Shown here: positions 9,648-19,151 of the stretch, one piece after another
How positions within the stretch are numbered: the stretch's first letter is position 1
How the letters are laid out: the number at the start of each line of letters is the position of its first letter
Source of the DNA: an uncultured Rubrivivax sp.
GTDB taxonomy: Bacteria; Pseudomonadota; Gammaproteobacteria; Burkholderiales; Burkholderiaceae_C
Assembly (NCBI GenBank): GCA_964495125.1
Contig: CAZBUU010000001.1
Span: forward strand, 30,370-94,369
Length of the DNA stretch: 64,000 nucleotides
Reading direction: 5' to 3'
Translations under genes and position numbers: made by a program
The notes under the pieces: model-generated
The model's database searches: none
What the model saw: only the letters and a program-made list of their open reading frames with translations
What the model was told of the DNA's origin: nothing

Positions 9648-10790
9648 TCAGCCGACGCGCTCACCGCCGACGAAGACGGCCCGCACCACGGGGTGCGCGT
9701 CCAGCTCGCGCACGCGGACCAGGTCGCCGCGAAGGCCCGGGGCGATGAGACCGCGGTCGTGCATCCCGGCCGCTTCGGCCGGGCCGGCGGCCACCACTTG
9801 CATGGCTTCGGGCAGGCTGAAGCCGGCATCGCGGTGCAGGCACCACGCGGCCTGCAGCAGGCTGCCGGGCACGTAGTCCGACGACAGGCCGTCCAGCACG
9901 CCTTCGCGCGCCAGATCCATGGCCGAGACGTTGCCCGAGTGCGAGCCCCCGCGCACCACGTTCGGCGCGCCGGCGATGGTCTTCAGCCCGTGGCGGTGGG
10001 CATGGCGCGCGGCCTCCAGCGTGGTCGGGAACTCGCTCATCGAAGCCCCCAGCGCGCGCGCTTCGTCCACATGGGCCAGCGTGGTGTCGTCGTGCGTGGC
10101 CAGCGCCACGCCGTGCACTCTGGCGAAGCTGGCGAACCAGTCGCGGTTGGGCTGCGCGTACAGCGCCTGGCGCTGGGGGGCGATGCGCATTTCCTCGTCG
10201 AACTGCGCCTCGCTCCAGCCCTTCTTGCCGGTGTAGTAGATGCGCGCGTGCCTCACGTCGGTCCACTGGCGCTGGCCGGGCGTGTGGTCCATCAGCGAGA
10301 TCAGGCGCAGGCGTGGATGGCGGGCAAAGGGCTCGAACAGTTCCTGCGCGTTGGGCGCCGGCAGTTCGCAGCGCACGTGGATCAGGTGCTGGCAGCGCAG
10401 CAGCCCGGCGCCTTCCAGCTGGTCCAGCACGCCGAGCAGGGCGCTCTGGTCGCGGGAGCGGAAGCCGTCGCCGTACGGGTCGCCGACGCCGATGGCGTCC
10501 AGCACGGTGGTGATGCCGGCGGCGGCCAGTTCGGCGTCGTGCGCCTGCACGGCCGCACGCATGGGGAAGCTCACCTTCGGACGTGGCATGACGTGCCGCT
10601 CGAGGTTGTCGGTGTGCACCTCCACCAGCCCCGGCAGCAGCAGGTCGCCTTGCAGGTCCTGCGCGCCGGGCACGTGGCTGGTGCTGCTGTCGATGGCCGC
10701 GATGCGGCCGGCGACGACATGCACGCTGCCGTGAGGCAGCACCTCGTCGGCCAGCACGATCCGGGCGTTGGTGAAGACCTGCTGGTGCAT
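9648..10790 (-). CDS. phnM: Alpha-D-ribose 1-methylphosphonate 5-triphosphate diphosphatase
   Basis: LLPGLVEVHTDNLE, MDHTPGQRQ, GAPNVVRGGSHSGNV and LSSDYVP motifs. Confidence 0.93.
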   Translation of the reverse strand: MHQQVFTNARIVLADEVLPHGSVHVVAGRIAAIDSSTSHVPGAQDLQGDLLLPGLVEVHTDNLERHVMPRPKVSFPMRAAVQAHDAELAAAGITTVLDAIGVGDPYGDGFRSRDQSALLGVLDQLEGAGLLRCQHLIHVRCELPAPNAQELFEPFARHPRLRLISLMDHTPGQRQWTDVRHARIYYTGKKGWSEAQFDEEMRIAPQRQALYAQPNRDWFASFARVHGVALATHDDTTLAHVDEARALGASMSEFPTTLEAARHAHRHGLKTIAGAPNVVRGGSHSGNVSAMDLAREGVLDGLSSDYVPGSLLQAAWCLHRDAGFSLPEAMQVVAAGPAEAAGMHDRGLIAPGLRGDLVRVRELDAHPVVRAVFVGGERVG

Positions 10791-10811
10791 GGGGGTCCTG
10801 GTGCAGCCGCC

Positions 10812-11570
10812 TCAGGCGGCCTGGAGGTCGACGCGGCGGTCGGCCACGGCGTCGCGCACTTCCTCGTCGTGGAAGATGCCGACGATGGCGCTGCCGCGCT
10901 GCTTGGCCTCGTGGATCAGCTCGATGACGACGCGGCGGTTGGCGGCATCCAGCGAAGCCGTGGGTTCGTCCAGCAACAGCAGGCGCGAAGGCAGCACGAA
11001 GCCGCGCGCGATGTTCACGCGCTGCTGTTCGCCACCCGAGAAGGTGGCCGGCGGCAGGCCCCACAGCCCCGCCGGCAGGTTCAGCCGCGCGAAGAGCTGG
11101 CGCACCTGCGCGCGCGCCGCGTCCAGCGCCGCCTGGTGGGGGGCGTCGTCCAGCGGGTCGGCGTCGACTTCCGGGTCGGCCGGCGTGGCCTGCAGCAGCC
11201 GTTCGGCCACCACGTCCAGCGCCGGCTGTCGCGGCAAGGCGCGCAGGAACTGGCTGACGTAGGCGATGTCGCGCCGGCGAAGCGCCAGCAGTTCGCCCGG
11301 CGCCGCTTGAGCCAGGTCGGTGCGCCGCTCGCCTTCGCCCCGCAGCCACAGCGCGCCGGCGTCCACGCCATAGCTGCCGTAGATGCACTTGATGAGCGTC
11401 GACTTGCCGCGGCCGGAAGGCCCCACCAGCGCCACGCACTCGCCGGCCCGCACCTGCAGGTTGACATCGGCGAGCACGGGCAGCTGCAGGCCGTCGCGCA
11501 GGTGCAGCGTGAAGCGCTTGTGCACACCTTGCACATCGAGCACCGGCAGCGCCGTCGTGGTGGGCGTCAT
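10812..11570 (-). CDS. phnL: C-P lyase system ATPase PhnL
   Basis: KRFTLHLRDG, GPSGRGKST, PATFSGGEQQRVNIARG and GIFHDEEVRD motifs; ATGA overlap with phnK. Confidence 0.92.
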   Translation of the reverse strand: MTPTTTALPVLDVQGVHKRFTLHLRDGLQLPVLADVNLQVRAGECVALVGPSGRGKSTLIKCIYGSYGVDAGALWLRGEGERRTDLAQAAPGELLALRRRDIAYVSQFLRALPRQPALDVVAERLLQATPADPEVDADPLDDAPHQAALDAARAQVRQLFARLNLPAGLWGLPPATFSGGEQQRVNIARGFVLPSRLLLLDEPTASLDAANRRVVIELIHEAKQRGSAIVGIFHDEEVRDAVADRRVDLQAA

Positions 11571-12355
11571 GCGCTGAGCACCGAGGAGACCAGCAGCTGC
11601 GTGTACGGGTGCTGCGGATCGTCGAACACGCGGTCGGTGAGGCCCTGCTCGACGATGCGGCCCTGGCGCATGACCAGCGTGCGGTGGGCCAGCAGCCGCG
11701 CCACGCCCAGGTCGTGTGTCACCACCAGTGCCGACAGGTGCAGGCGGCCCACGAGCAGGCGGATGAGGTCCAGCAGCCGTGCCTGCACCGAGACGTCCAG
11801 CCCCGAGGTCGGCTCGTCCATCAGCACCAGGCGCGGCCGTGTCACCAGGTTGCGTGCGATCTGCAGGCGCTGGCGCATGCCGCCGGAGAAACCACGCGGC
11901 GAGTCGTCCAGGCGCGCCGGGTCCAGTTCGACACGGGCCAGCCAGCGCTCGGCGGTGTCGCGCAGCGTGGCGTAGCGGCGTTCTCCCAGGCCCATGAGCC
12001 GTTCGCCGACGTTGGCGCCGGCGCTCACGTTCATGCGCAGGCCGTCGTGGGCGTGCTGCTCCACGAAGCCCCACTCGCTGCGCGCCAGCTCGCGGCGCCG
12101 GCGCTCGCCCACGGCGTGCACGTCGATCTCGTCCCCGCTGCGGCTGCGGTAGAGCACGCGGCCTTCGGCGGGCGCGATGCGACCGGCCACGCAGTTCAGC
12201 AGCGTGGACTTGCCGGATCCCGACTCGCCGACGATGGCCAGCACCTCGCCCGGGTGCAGTTCCAGGCTGGCATCGCGCACGGCCCAGTGGCCGTCGCGCG
12301 CGCCGGCGAAGCGGTGGCCCAGTCCCTGCACCTGGAGCACGGAAGCGGCGCTCAT
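11567..12355 (-). CDS. phnK: C-P lyase system ATPase PhnK
   Basis: GESGSGKS, FSGGMRQRLQIARNL and LTDRVFDDPQHPYTQLLVSS motifs. Confidence 0.93.
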   Translation of the reverse strand: MSAASVLQVQGLGHRFAGARDGHWAVRDASLELHPGEVLAIVGESGSGKSTLLNCVAGRIAPAEGRVLYRSRSGDEIDVHAVGERRRRELARSEWGFVEQHAHDGLRMNVSAGANVGERLMGLGERRYATLRDTAERWLARVELDPARLDDSPRGFSGGMRQRLQIARNLVTRPRLVLMDEPTSGLDVSVQARLLDLIRLLVGRLHLSALVVTHDLGVARLLAHRTLVMRQGRIVEQGLTDRVFDDPQHPYTQLLVSSVLSA

Positions 12356-13182
12356 GCCCGGGCTTCCAGCTGTTCGCGGCAGTGGTCCGTGTCCGAGCAG
12401 GTGTACTGCGTGCGGCCGTCGTCCATCACGATCTCGTCCAGGTAGCTGGTGGTGCAGCCGCACAGCGCGCAGGCGTGCCCCTGTGGCGTCACACGGAAGG
12501 GGTGGTCTTCGAAATCCAGGCTGCGCACGTCGGTGTAGGGCGGCACGGCGTACAGGCGCTTCTCGCGTCCCGCACCGAAGAGCTGCAGCGCCGGCATGCG
12601 GTGCATCTTGGGGTTGTCGAAGCTCGGAATCGGCGACGGCGACATGACGTGCCGGCCGTTGACGAGCACGGGGTAGTCGTAGCTCGTGTCGATGCGGCCC
12701 CAGGTCGCGATGTCCTCGTACAGCTTCACGTTCATCAGGCCGTACTCCGCGAAGGCATGGAGCTTCAGCGTCTCGCGCCGACGTGCCTCCAGCTTGAACA
12801 GCGGCTCGGGCTGCGGCACCTGGTAGACGATGATCTGTGCCTCGGTGAGCGCACGCTCGGGAATGCGGTGCCGCGTCTGGATCAGCGTCGCGTCGGCCGT
12901 GCGCTCGGTGGTGCGCACGCCCGTGGTGCGCGCGAAGAAGTGGCGGATGTTGACGGCGTTGGTGGTGTCGTCGGAGCCCTGGTCGATGACCTTCAGGACC
13001 TCGTCCGGGCCGATCACGGCCGCCGTGACCTGGATGCCGCCCGTGCCCCAGCCGTAGGCCAGCGGCATCTCGCGCGAGCCGAAGGGCACCTGGTGGCCCG
13101 GAATCGCCACGGCCTTGAGCAGCGAGCGCCGGATCATGCGCTTGGTGCCTTCGTCGAGATAGGCGAAGTTGTAGCCCTTCAT
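12352..13182 (-). CDS. phnJ: C-P lyase radical SAM subunit
   Basis: YNFAYLDEGTKRMIRR, AIPGHQVPF (catalytic Gly region) and CALCG...CSDTDHC cysteines. Confidence 0.95.
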   Translation of the reverse strand: MKGYNFAYLDEGTKRMIRRSLLKAVAIPGHQVPFGSREMPLAYGWGTGGIQVTAAVIGPDEVLKVIDQGSDDTTNAVNIRHFFARTTGVRTTERTADATLIQTRHRIPERALTEAQIIVYQVPQPEPLFKLEARRRETLKLHAFAEYGLMNVKLYEDIATWGRIDTSYDYPVLVNGRHVMSPSPIPSFDNPKMHRMPALQLFGAGREKRLYAVPPYTDVRSLDFEDHPFRVTPQGHACALCGCTTSYLDEIVMDDGRTQYTCSDTDHCREQLEARA

Positions 13183-14276
13183 GCGTCGCGCTCCTGCTGC
13201 AGGTCGCGTTCGAGGCGCAGCTGGCGTACCAGCTGCAGCTCGGATTCGAAGGTCACGTAGTGCGGCAGCTTGAGGTGCTGGACGAAGCCCGAGGCCTCGA
13301 CGTTGTCGCCGTGCGAGAGCACGAACTCGCTGTCCTGCGCCGGGCTCGTCACGGCCTCGTCGAATTCGTCGGCGCGCAGCACGCGGTCCACCAGCGACAT
13401 CGCCATGGCCTTGCGTTCGCCGTGGCCGAACACCAGGCCCTGGCCGCGCGTGAACTGCGGTGGCTGGGTGGCGCTGCCGGCGAAGTGGTTGACCATCTGG
13501 CAGTCGGTCAGCTGGATCTCGCCGATGTCGATGGCGAAGCCCAGTTCGTCGGGCACGATCTCCAGCGGCACGGCCCCGTAGCGGATCTCTCCGGCGAAGG
13601 GGTGCGTGTACGAGTAGCCGCGTTGCGTGGAGTAGCCCATGCCCAGCACCCAGCCCTCGTCGGCGCGCGCCAGCATCTGCAGGCGCGCCGTGCGCGGGAG
13701 CGGGTGCGCCGGCGGGTCGCGCGTGATGTCGGGCGGCGTCGGGTCGCCGGGGCTCGGCCTGCAGGGTTCGATGAGGCCCTGCGCCGCCAGGGCGTCGATC
13801 GGGTTGCGCAGGTCGGCCTCGGCGGCGTCGGCCAGCGGCGCTGGTGTCGGGGGCGGCGGGGGCGGTCCGGGACGCGCGAGTTCGGCATCCAGCAGCCGCT
13901 GCGTGTAGTCGAAGGTCGGGCCCAGCAGCTGGCCTCCGGGCACGTCCTTGAAGATGGCCGACACGCGGCGCCGCACCCGCATGCGGGCCGTGTCCACGGG
14001 CTCGCTGAAGGCCAGGCGGGGCAGCGTCGTGCGGTAGGCCCGCAGCAGGAAGACGGCTTCGATGGGGTCGCCGCAGGCCTGCTTGATGGCCAGGGCCGCG
14101 AGGTCGGGGTCGAACAGCGAGGCTTCGGCCATCACGCGGTCCACCAGCAGCCGCAGCTGCTCACGCAGCTGGTCGGTGCCCAGCTCCGGCACGGCCGGGT
14201 CGCCGCGCCGCGACTGCGCCAGCAACTGGAGCGACGCCGCGATCGCCTGCTCGCCCCCCTTGACGGCGATGTACAT
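13179..14276 (-). CDS. phnI: C-P lyase complex subunit PhnI
   Basis: MYIAVKGGEQAI and GFVQHLKLPHYVTFESEL motifs. Confidence 0.95.
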   Translation of the reverse strand: MYIAVKGGEQAIAASLQLLAQSRRGDPAVPELGTDQLREQLRLLVDRVMAEASLFDPDLAALAIKQACGDPIEAVFLLRAYRTTLPRLAFSEPVDTARMRVRRRVSAIFKDVPGGQLLGPTFDYTQRLLDAELARPGPPPPPPTPAPLADAAEADLRNPIDALAAQGLIEPCRPSPGDPTPPDITRDPPAHPLPRTARLQMLARADEGWVLGMGYSTQRGYSYTHPFAGEIRYGAVPLEIVPDELGFAIDIGEIQLTDCQMVNHFAGSATQPPQFTRGQGLVFGHGERKAMAMSLVDRVLRADEFDEAVTSPAQDSEFVLSHGDNVEASGFVQHLKLPHYVTFESELQLVRQLRLERDLQQERDA

Positions 14277-14279
14277 GCT

Positions 14280-14906
14280 TCAGCCTTCCTGCACGACGCG
14301 CGTGGTGCGCGGCAGGGCCGCCAGCTGCGGGCCGCAGCACAGCAGCAGGTCGATGCCGCGCGGGTAGTCGGCGGCAAGCGCGGCGCGTGCCTGCCAGAAC
14401 GAAGGGGGCAGGCCACCCACCGCCAGGCGGTGGTGGTGGTCGATGCCGGGGCCGCTGAGCAGCAGGCCGGGTTCGCCGGGGGGCGGGTCCGCCTGCAGCC
14501 GCGGCACCACCAGCACCATCGTGGCCCCGAGCTGCGGCGCCTCATCGCTGCCGCGCTGCAGCGTCGCCCACAGTGCGCATGGCGCGTCATCGGCGCGGCC
14601 GACCACGAAGTCGGCCTCCTCGGCGCCTGCGGCCATGCGCACGCCGGTGTGGAAGCGAAGGTAGGCCACGTCGGCCGCGCCGCCCAGCGCAGGCGCCAGC
14701 CACAGCGTGGACTCCCCGTCCAGCAGGCACAGCAGCGCGGCGGTCAGCGCCGGGGGCAGTTCCGGGGGTTCGAGTGGTGCCAGCATCGCGGACGGCAGGG
14801 TCTGCACGCGCCCGGGTCGCGACATGGCCTGCAGCAGGGCCCGGAAGACCTGCTGCGCGTCGTGCACGGGTTGCGCGAAGCCAAGGCCCAGCGTCGCCAG
14901 GGTCAT
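14280..14906 (-). CDS. phnH: C-P lyase complex subunit PhnH
   Basis: GFAQPVHDAQQVFRALLQAMSRPG, LSGPGI and YPRGID...LPRTT motifs. Confidence 0.92.
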   Translation of the reverse strand: MTLATLGLGFAQPVHDAQQVFRALLQAMSRPGRVQTLPSAMLAPLEPPELPPALTAALLCLLDGESTLWLAPALGGAADVAYLRFHTGVRMAAGAEEADFVVGRADDAPCALWATLQRGSDEAPQLGATMVLVVPRLQADPPPGEPGLLLSGPGIDHHHRLAVGGLPPSFWQARAALAADYPRGIDLLLCCGPQLAALPRTTRVVQEG

Positions 14907-15376
14907 GCCGTCTCCGCCTGCAGGGTGAAGAAGCGCACGCGGCTGGCTTCGGTGAGCTCGCGTTCAGTGCGCTCCCGCTCGGCGGCCAGGCGCTGCAGCG
15001 GCTCCAGCACGGTCTGCCGCACCAGCGCATGGAGCTGGGGCCGCTGCAGCAGCGCATCCAGCTGCGCCACGCGTTCGGCATGGCCGCCGTCCAGGCCCAT
15101 CACGTGGCCGACGCCGGCCACGGCGGGGCCTTCGGCGGCCAGATGGCGCACGGCGCAGCGCGTCACCGTGGCCTCGCCGAGGTTGAAGCGGTCGCCGGTG
15201 TTGCCGATGCGGGCGCGCACCATCACCAGGCCGGACTCGGGCGCACGCAGGGTCTCGAAGCGGTAGTCGGACAAGACCGGTGCGGCGAGCTGCTGCAGTT
15301 CGGCCGCCCGCGAACGTGCCAGCAGACGCAGCCAAGCGGCGCGTTGGGCAGTCGTTGCGGGTGTGGGCTCGGTCAT
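14903..15376 (-). CDS. phnG: C-P lyase complex subunit PhnG
   Basis: LRAPESGLVMVRARIGNTGDRFNLGEATVTRC and SRVRFFTL motifs. Confidence 0.92.
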   Translation of the reverse strand: MTEPTPATTAQRAAWLRLLARSRAAELQQLAAPVLSDYRFETLRAPESGLVMVRARIGNTGDRFNLGEATVTRCAVRHLAAEGPAVAGVGHVMGLDGGHAERVAQLDALLQRPQLHALVRQTVLEPLQRLAAERERTERELTEASRVRFFTLQAETA

Positions 15377-15383
15377 GGCGATG

Positions 15384-15394
15384 TCATCTAGACG
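15384..15394 (-). promoter_or_regulatory. Candidate PhnF operator (copy 2)
   Basis: Minus strand CGTCTAGATGA just upstream of the phnG ATG, in the divergent phnG/phnF intergenic region; a CTGTCAC half Pho box lies at 15427-15433 (-). Confidence 0.6.
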
Positions 15395-15437
15395 ACTGAA
15401 ACTGGCGGCCAGTATCTTCAGCGCCCGTGACAGTTCC

Positions 15438-16187
15438 TTGACCACGTTCGAAGTCCCCGTCGAGACCGCCGTGCTCCCCGAGAACGGCGCACGCTGGGCC
15501 CGCATCGCCAGCGAATTGCGCGCCGACATCGCAGCGGGGCGCTTCGCCCCGGGCACCCAGTTGCCCAACGAGCTCCAATTGGCCGCGCGCTTCGCCGTGC
15601 ACCGCCACACGCTGCGCCAGGCCGTGCGCTGCCTGGTCAACGAAGGGCACCTGCGCGTCGTCCAGGGACGCGGTACCTTCGTGCGCGAACTGGTGCTCGA
15701 CTACGCGCTGCAGCGTCGCACACGTCTCACCGAGAACCTGGCCGAGGCCGGCGAACGCGCGCAGCGCGAACTGCTTCGCCACGAGACCTTGCCGGCCGCG
15801 GAGTGGGGCCCCCTGCTGCGCCTGCCTCGTCAGGCCAGCGTGGAACTGCTGCACACCCGAGCGTCGGTGCGGGGCCGGCCGATCGGGCTCAGCACCACGG
15901 TCTACCCGTCGTCGCGTTGCGCCGGCATCGCCGAAGCGTTCCGCCAGTCGGGTTCCATCACGGCCGCGCTGCGCCAGATCGGCGTGCCCGACTACCAGCG
16001 CGCCAGCAGCACCGTCTCCTGCCGATTGCCCACGCAGGCCGAAGCCGATGCCCTGGCGCGGGCCACCACCGAGCCGGTGCTGGTGGTGCAGTTCCACAGC
16101 ATCGACGACCAGGGGCGCCCGGTGGAAGCGGGCCGCACGCTCTTCGCGGCCGACGCGGTGCAGCTCACGGTGGCGCACGAGGTCTGA
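15438..16187 (+). CDS. phnF: GntR/UTRA phosphonate regulator
   Basis: QLPNELQLAARFAVHRHTLRQA...GRGTFV HTH plus UTRA domain; start uncertain (TTG 15438). Confidence 0.88.
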   Translation: MTTFEVPVETAVLPENGARWARIASELRADIAAGRFAPGTQLPNELQLAARFAVHRHTLRQAVRCLVNEGHLRVVQGRGTFVRELVLDYALQRRTRLTENLAEAGERAQRELLRHETLPAAEWGPLLRLPRQASVELLHTRASVRGRPIGLSTTVYPSSRCAGIAEAFRQSGSITAALRQIGVPDYQRASSTVSCRLPTQAEADALARATTEPVLVVQFHSIDDQGRPVEAGRTLFAADAVQLTVAHEV

Positions 16188-16189
16188 CG

Positions 16190-16879
16190 ATGCCCCAGGC
16201 CCGCTACGCGGTGTACCTGGCGCCACCGCGCGAACATCCGCTGTGGCAGGCGGGCTGCGCCTGGCTCGGACGCGACGCCGGCCTGCCGCCCCCCTATGCG
16301 CCGCCTCGCGTTCCGGAAGTGGCCGAACCCTGGCGCTACGGCTTCCACGCCACGCTGAAGGCGCCACTGCGGCTGCACGGTGAGACGACGGAGGCGGCCT
16401 TCCTGGCCGGGGTCCGCGCCGTGGCGGCACGGCACCGCGCCTTCGTCATGCCCGCGCTTTCGCCAGGTCGGTTGACGGATTTCCTGGCCCTGCGCCATGA
16501 AGGCGCGGTCGATGCGAGCCACCCGCTGCGTCGGCTGGCCGACGACACCGTGCTGTCGCTGGACCGTTTCCGCGCGCCACTCACGCTGGCCGAGCGGGCG
16601 CGCCAGCTCAAGCCCGGCCTGAGCCCGCGCCAGCAGGCCCAAGTGGATTGCCTGGGCTACGCCTTCGTGCTGGACGATTGGCGGCTGCACTTCACCCTGA
16701 GCGGGCCGATCCGGCCCGATGACTCCGACGCCTGGCAGCGCCTGGGCAAAGCGGCGGTGCAGCACTTCGCGACTGCCCTGCGAAGCGAGTGGTCCGCCGA
16801 TGCGCTCTGCGTCTTCCTGGAGCCCGAAGCGGGCCAGCCCTTCGAGTTGCGCGAGCGCATGCCACTCAGTGGCATCTAG
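16190..16879 (+). CDS. DUF1045-like phosphonate metabolism protein (2H phosphoesterase-like)
   Basis: RYAVY.AP, YGFHATLKAP and W/FRLHFTLSG: two HxT motifs; phn context. Confidence 0.8.
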   Translation: MPQARYAVYLAPPREHPLWQAGCAWLGRDAGLPPPYAPPRVPEVAEPWRYGFHATLKAPLRLHGETTEAAFLAGVRAVAARHRAFVMPALSPGRLTDFLALRHEGAVDASHPLRRLADDTVLSLDRFRAPLTLAERARQLKPGLSPRQQAQVDCLGYAFVLDDWRLHFTLSGPIRPDDSDAWQRLGKAAVQHFATALRSEWSADALCVFLEPEAGQPFELRERMPLSGI

Positions 16880-16976
16880 AACGGGATCGGTGCGCTGGAT
16901 TTCGATGCGAGACTTCGGCACTTGCGCCCGAATCGTGTGCTCGGTTTGCGCCGAACTGGTGCGGCTGCCGGTCACT

Positions 16977-16994
16977 GTGACACCACGATGACAA
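16977..16994 (-). promoter_or_regulatory. Pho-box-like site upstream of the MCP gene (opposite orientation)
   Basis: Minus strand TTGTCAT-CGTG-GTGTCAC. Confidence 0.5.
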
Positions 16995-17022
16995 GGGTGG
17001 AAAAAGCGCAGAGATTCTGTGC

Positions 17023-17049
17023 TTCAGCCCGTCGAACGGCCGTCGATAT
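17023..17049 (+). promoter_or_regulatory. Possible sigma-28 (FliA) promoter for the MCP gene
   Basis: TTCA-N15-GTCGATAT compared with consensus TAAA-N15-GCCGATAA; upstream of a chemoreceptor. Confidence 0.4.
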
Positions 17050-17111
17050 TTCGTGCGTCCGCGACCAAGGTCTGGCTGCCCAACCGGGCGGCCGGGGTCG
17101 CCCAGCGAGCA

Positions 17112-19151
17112 ATGACGGCCATGCACACCTCCACCGAAGCGGGCTCGAGCGCAGCGCGCGCACCTGAGAGCCTGACCTCGTTCTTTCGCCATCATGGCCT
17201 GTGGGCCCCGGGTGTGCGCGGGCTCAGGCGCCTGCGATTCCGGACAAAGGCCGTCCTCATCTCGGCGGTGCTGCTGATCCCGGCCATCGTGCTGGGCGTG
17301 GCTTTCCTCTCCGATACGCAGGCGCAGTTGGAGTTCTCGCGCAAGGAGCGCCACGGCGTCGCACTGATGCAGCACTTCACGCCGGTGTTGCTGGGGGTCC
17401 TGGAAGCGCGGAATGCGACGCGGGCCATGCTGGGTGACTTCGACGCTTCGAAGGACTTCTCGGCGGCGCGCCGGAAGGTGGATGCCGCACTGGCGGAACT
17501 GGGGCGGCACCTCCAGGAGACTCGGGATCCCCTGCAGCTGGGCGCCCGCGTGAAGGCGCTGCAGGACGCCTGGACGGCCACGGCGGCCAGTACGCGCGGC
17601 GTCGACGACAAGGGCCGCACCGTGTTCGGGCCGGTCACCGAAGCGTCCATCAAGCTGCTGCAAGGGGTGACGGACGATTCCAATCTGGTGCTCGATCCGG
17701 ACCTGGACACGCTCTACATGATCATGGCCACCTTCATCAACCTGCCGAAGGCGAGCGAAGACCTCGGGCAGCTGTGGGGCTGGGGCACTTTCGGCGTTGC
17801 CCGTGGCGGGCTCGAGAGCCCCGAGCAGTACCGGCGCCACGCGGTCTGGCAGGCGCGCGCGCAGGCAGGCATCGAGGATGCCCTGGTTGCTTTCGAACGC
17901 GCTTTCGAGGTGCAGCAGGGGCTGCGCGAACGGGTCGACCTCTCGGGCCTGAAGGCAGCTCAGAAGTTCCAGGCTTCGTCGGACATCACCGAGATGGTCA
18001 AGGCCGCCGTTCAACCCGAAGAGGTCTATGCGTCCGGCCACAAGGCGGTGCAGGACTACTTCCGCGTCTTCGACAGCGCCCTGCCGGCCCTGGACGCGCG
18101 CTTGGCCGTTCGCGTCGAGGCGCTCGAAGCGCGCCGCAACAGCCGCTTCGCCGTCGTGCTGCTGTCGCTGGCCTTCGGGGCCTACCTGTTCATCTGCTTC
18201 TCCAAGGTGCTTGAGGGCGGCCTTCGACAGGTGGCCCACCATCTGGGCCGCATGGCGGACGGCGACCTCACCCAGACGCCCAGGCCCTGGGGCACGGACG
18301 AGGAGGCTGAACTGATGCATGAACTGGGTCGAACGCAGCGCTCGATGCAGTCCCTGGTGCGGCGCGTGCATGACGTGGCGGACACCATCGTCCATGCCAG
18401 CTCCGAGATTGCTTCCGGATCGGCAGACCTGTCCGTGCGCACCGAACGAACCGCGGCGGAGCTTCAGCAGGCCGCCTCTTCCCTGGAGCAGATCGGCTCG
18501 GCCCTGGGGCGCACGAACGAAGGCTCGCGCCGTGCGGCGGGCCTGGCCGCAGGCAATGCGGACCTCGCCCGAGGCAGCGGTGGCGTCATCGCCGAGGCCG
18601 TGGACACCATGGGCCAGATCCAGAGCGCGTCGCAGCGCATCGGCGACATCATCGGCACCATCGACGGCATCGCCTTCCAGACCAACATCCTGGCGCTGAA
18701 CGCAGCCGTCGAGGCGGCGCGCGCGGGGGAGCAAGGTCGCGGATTTGCCGTCGTAGCGTCGGAAGTCAGGAGCCTGGCGCAGCGCTCCAGCATCGCTGCG
18801 CGTGAAATCAAGTCGCTGGTGGTCGACACGGTGGAGAAGATCGGTGCCGGCGCCGAAGTCGTGGGCGAGGCCGGACGCCGCATGGACGGCCTGGTCGGCG
18901 GCGCCGGTGACGTGAGCGGCCTGATCGCCGAGATCGCGGAGTCGGCTCGCCAGCAGGACGCCGGTGTGCGTCAGATCGGTGCGGCGGTGGCGGGGCTGGA
19001 CCGCATGACCCAGGAGAATGCGGCGCTCGTCGAGCAGACGGCAGCGGCCTCCGAGTCCCTGCGCGAGCGTGCACGCGAGTTGGCCGAAGCCGTCTCGCTG
19101 TTCCGTGTCACACAGGCGCAGGTGGAAACCGCTGAAGGGGTTCCGGCATGA
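17112..19151 (+). CDS. Methyl-accepting chemotaxis protein
   Basis: Two TM segments, periplasmic sensor, HAMP, and [43 protein letters not shown] signalling hairpin. Confidence 0.95.
   Translation: MTAMHTSTEAGSSAARAPESLTSFFRHHGLWAPGVRGLRRLRFRTKAVLISAVLLIPAIVLGVAFLSDTQAQLEFSRKERHGVALMQHFTPVLLGVLEARNATRAMLGDFDASKDFSAARRKVDAALAELGRHLQETRDPLQLGARVKALQDAWTATAASTRGVDDKGRTVFGPVTEASIKLLQGVTDDSNLVLDPDLDTLYMIMATFINLPKASEDLGQLWGWGTFGVARGGLESPEQYRRHAVWQARAQAGIEDALVAFERAFEVQQGLRERVDLSGLKAAQKFQASSDITEMVKAAVQPEEVYASGHKAVQDYFRVFDSALPALDARLAVRVEALEARRNSRFAVVLLSLAFGAYLFICFSKVLEGGLRQVAHHLGRMADGDLTQTPRPWGTDEEAELMHELGRTQRSMQSLVRRVHDVADTIVHASSEIASGSADLSVRTERTAAELQQAASSLEQIGSALGRTNEGSRRAAGLAAGNADLARGSGGVIAEAVDTMGQIQSASQRIGDIIGTIDGIAFQTNILALNAAVEAARAGEQGRGFAVVASEVRSLAQRSSIAAREIKSLVVDTVEKIGAGAEVVGEAGRRMDGLVGGAGDVSGLIAEIAESARQQDAGVRQIGAAVAGLDRMTQENAALVEQTAAASESLRERARELAEAVSLFRVTQAQVETAEGVPA

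Noticed and set aside
16875-16880. Third TCTAGA hexamer
   Set aside because: Formed by the stop codon of the DUF1045-like gene and lacks the flanking CG...TGA of the two operator copies
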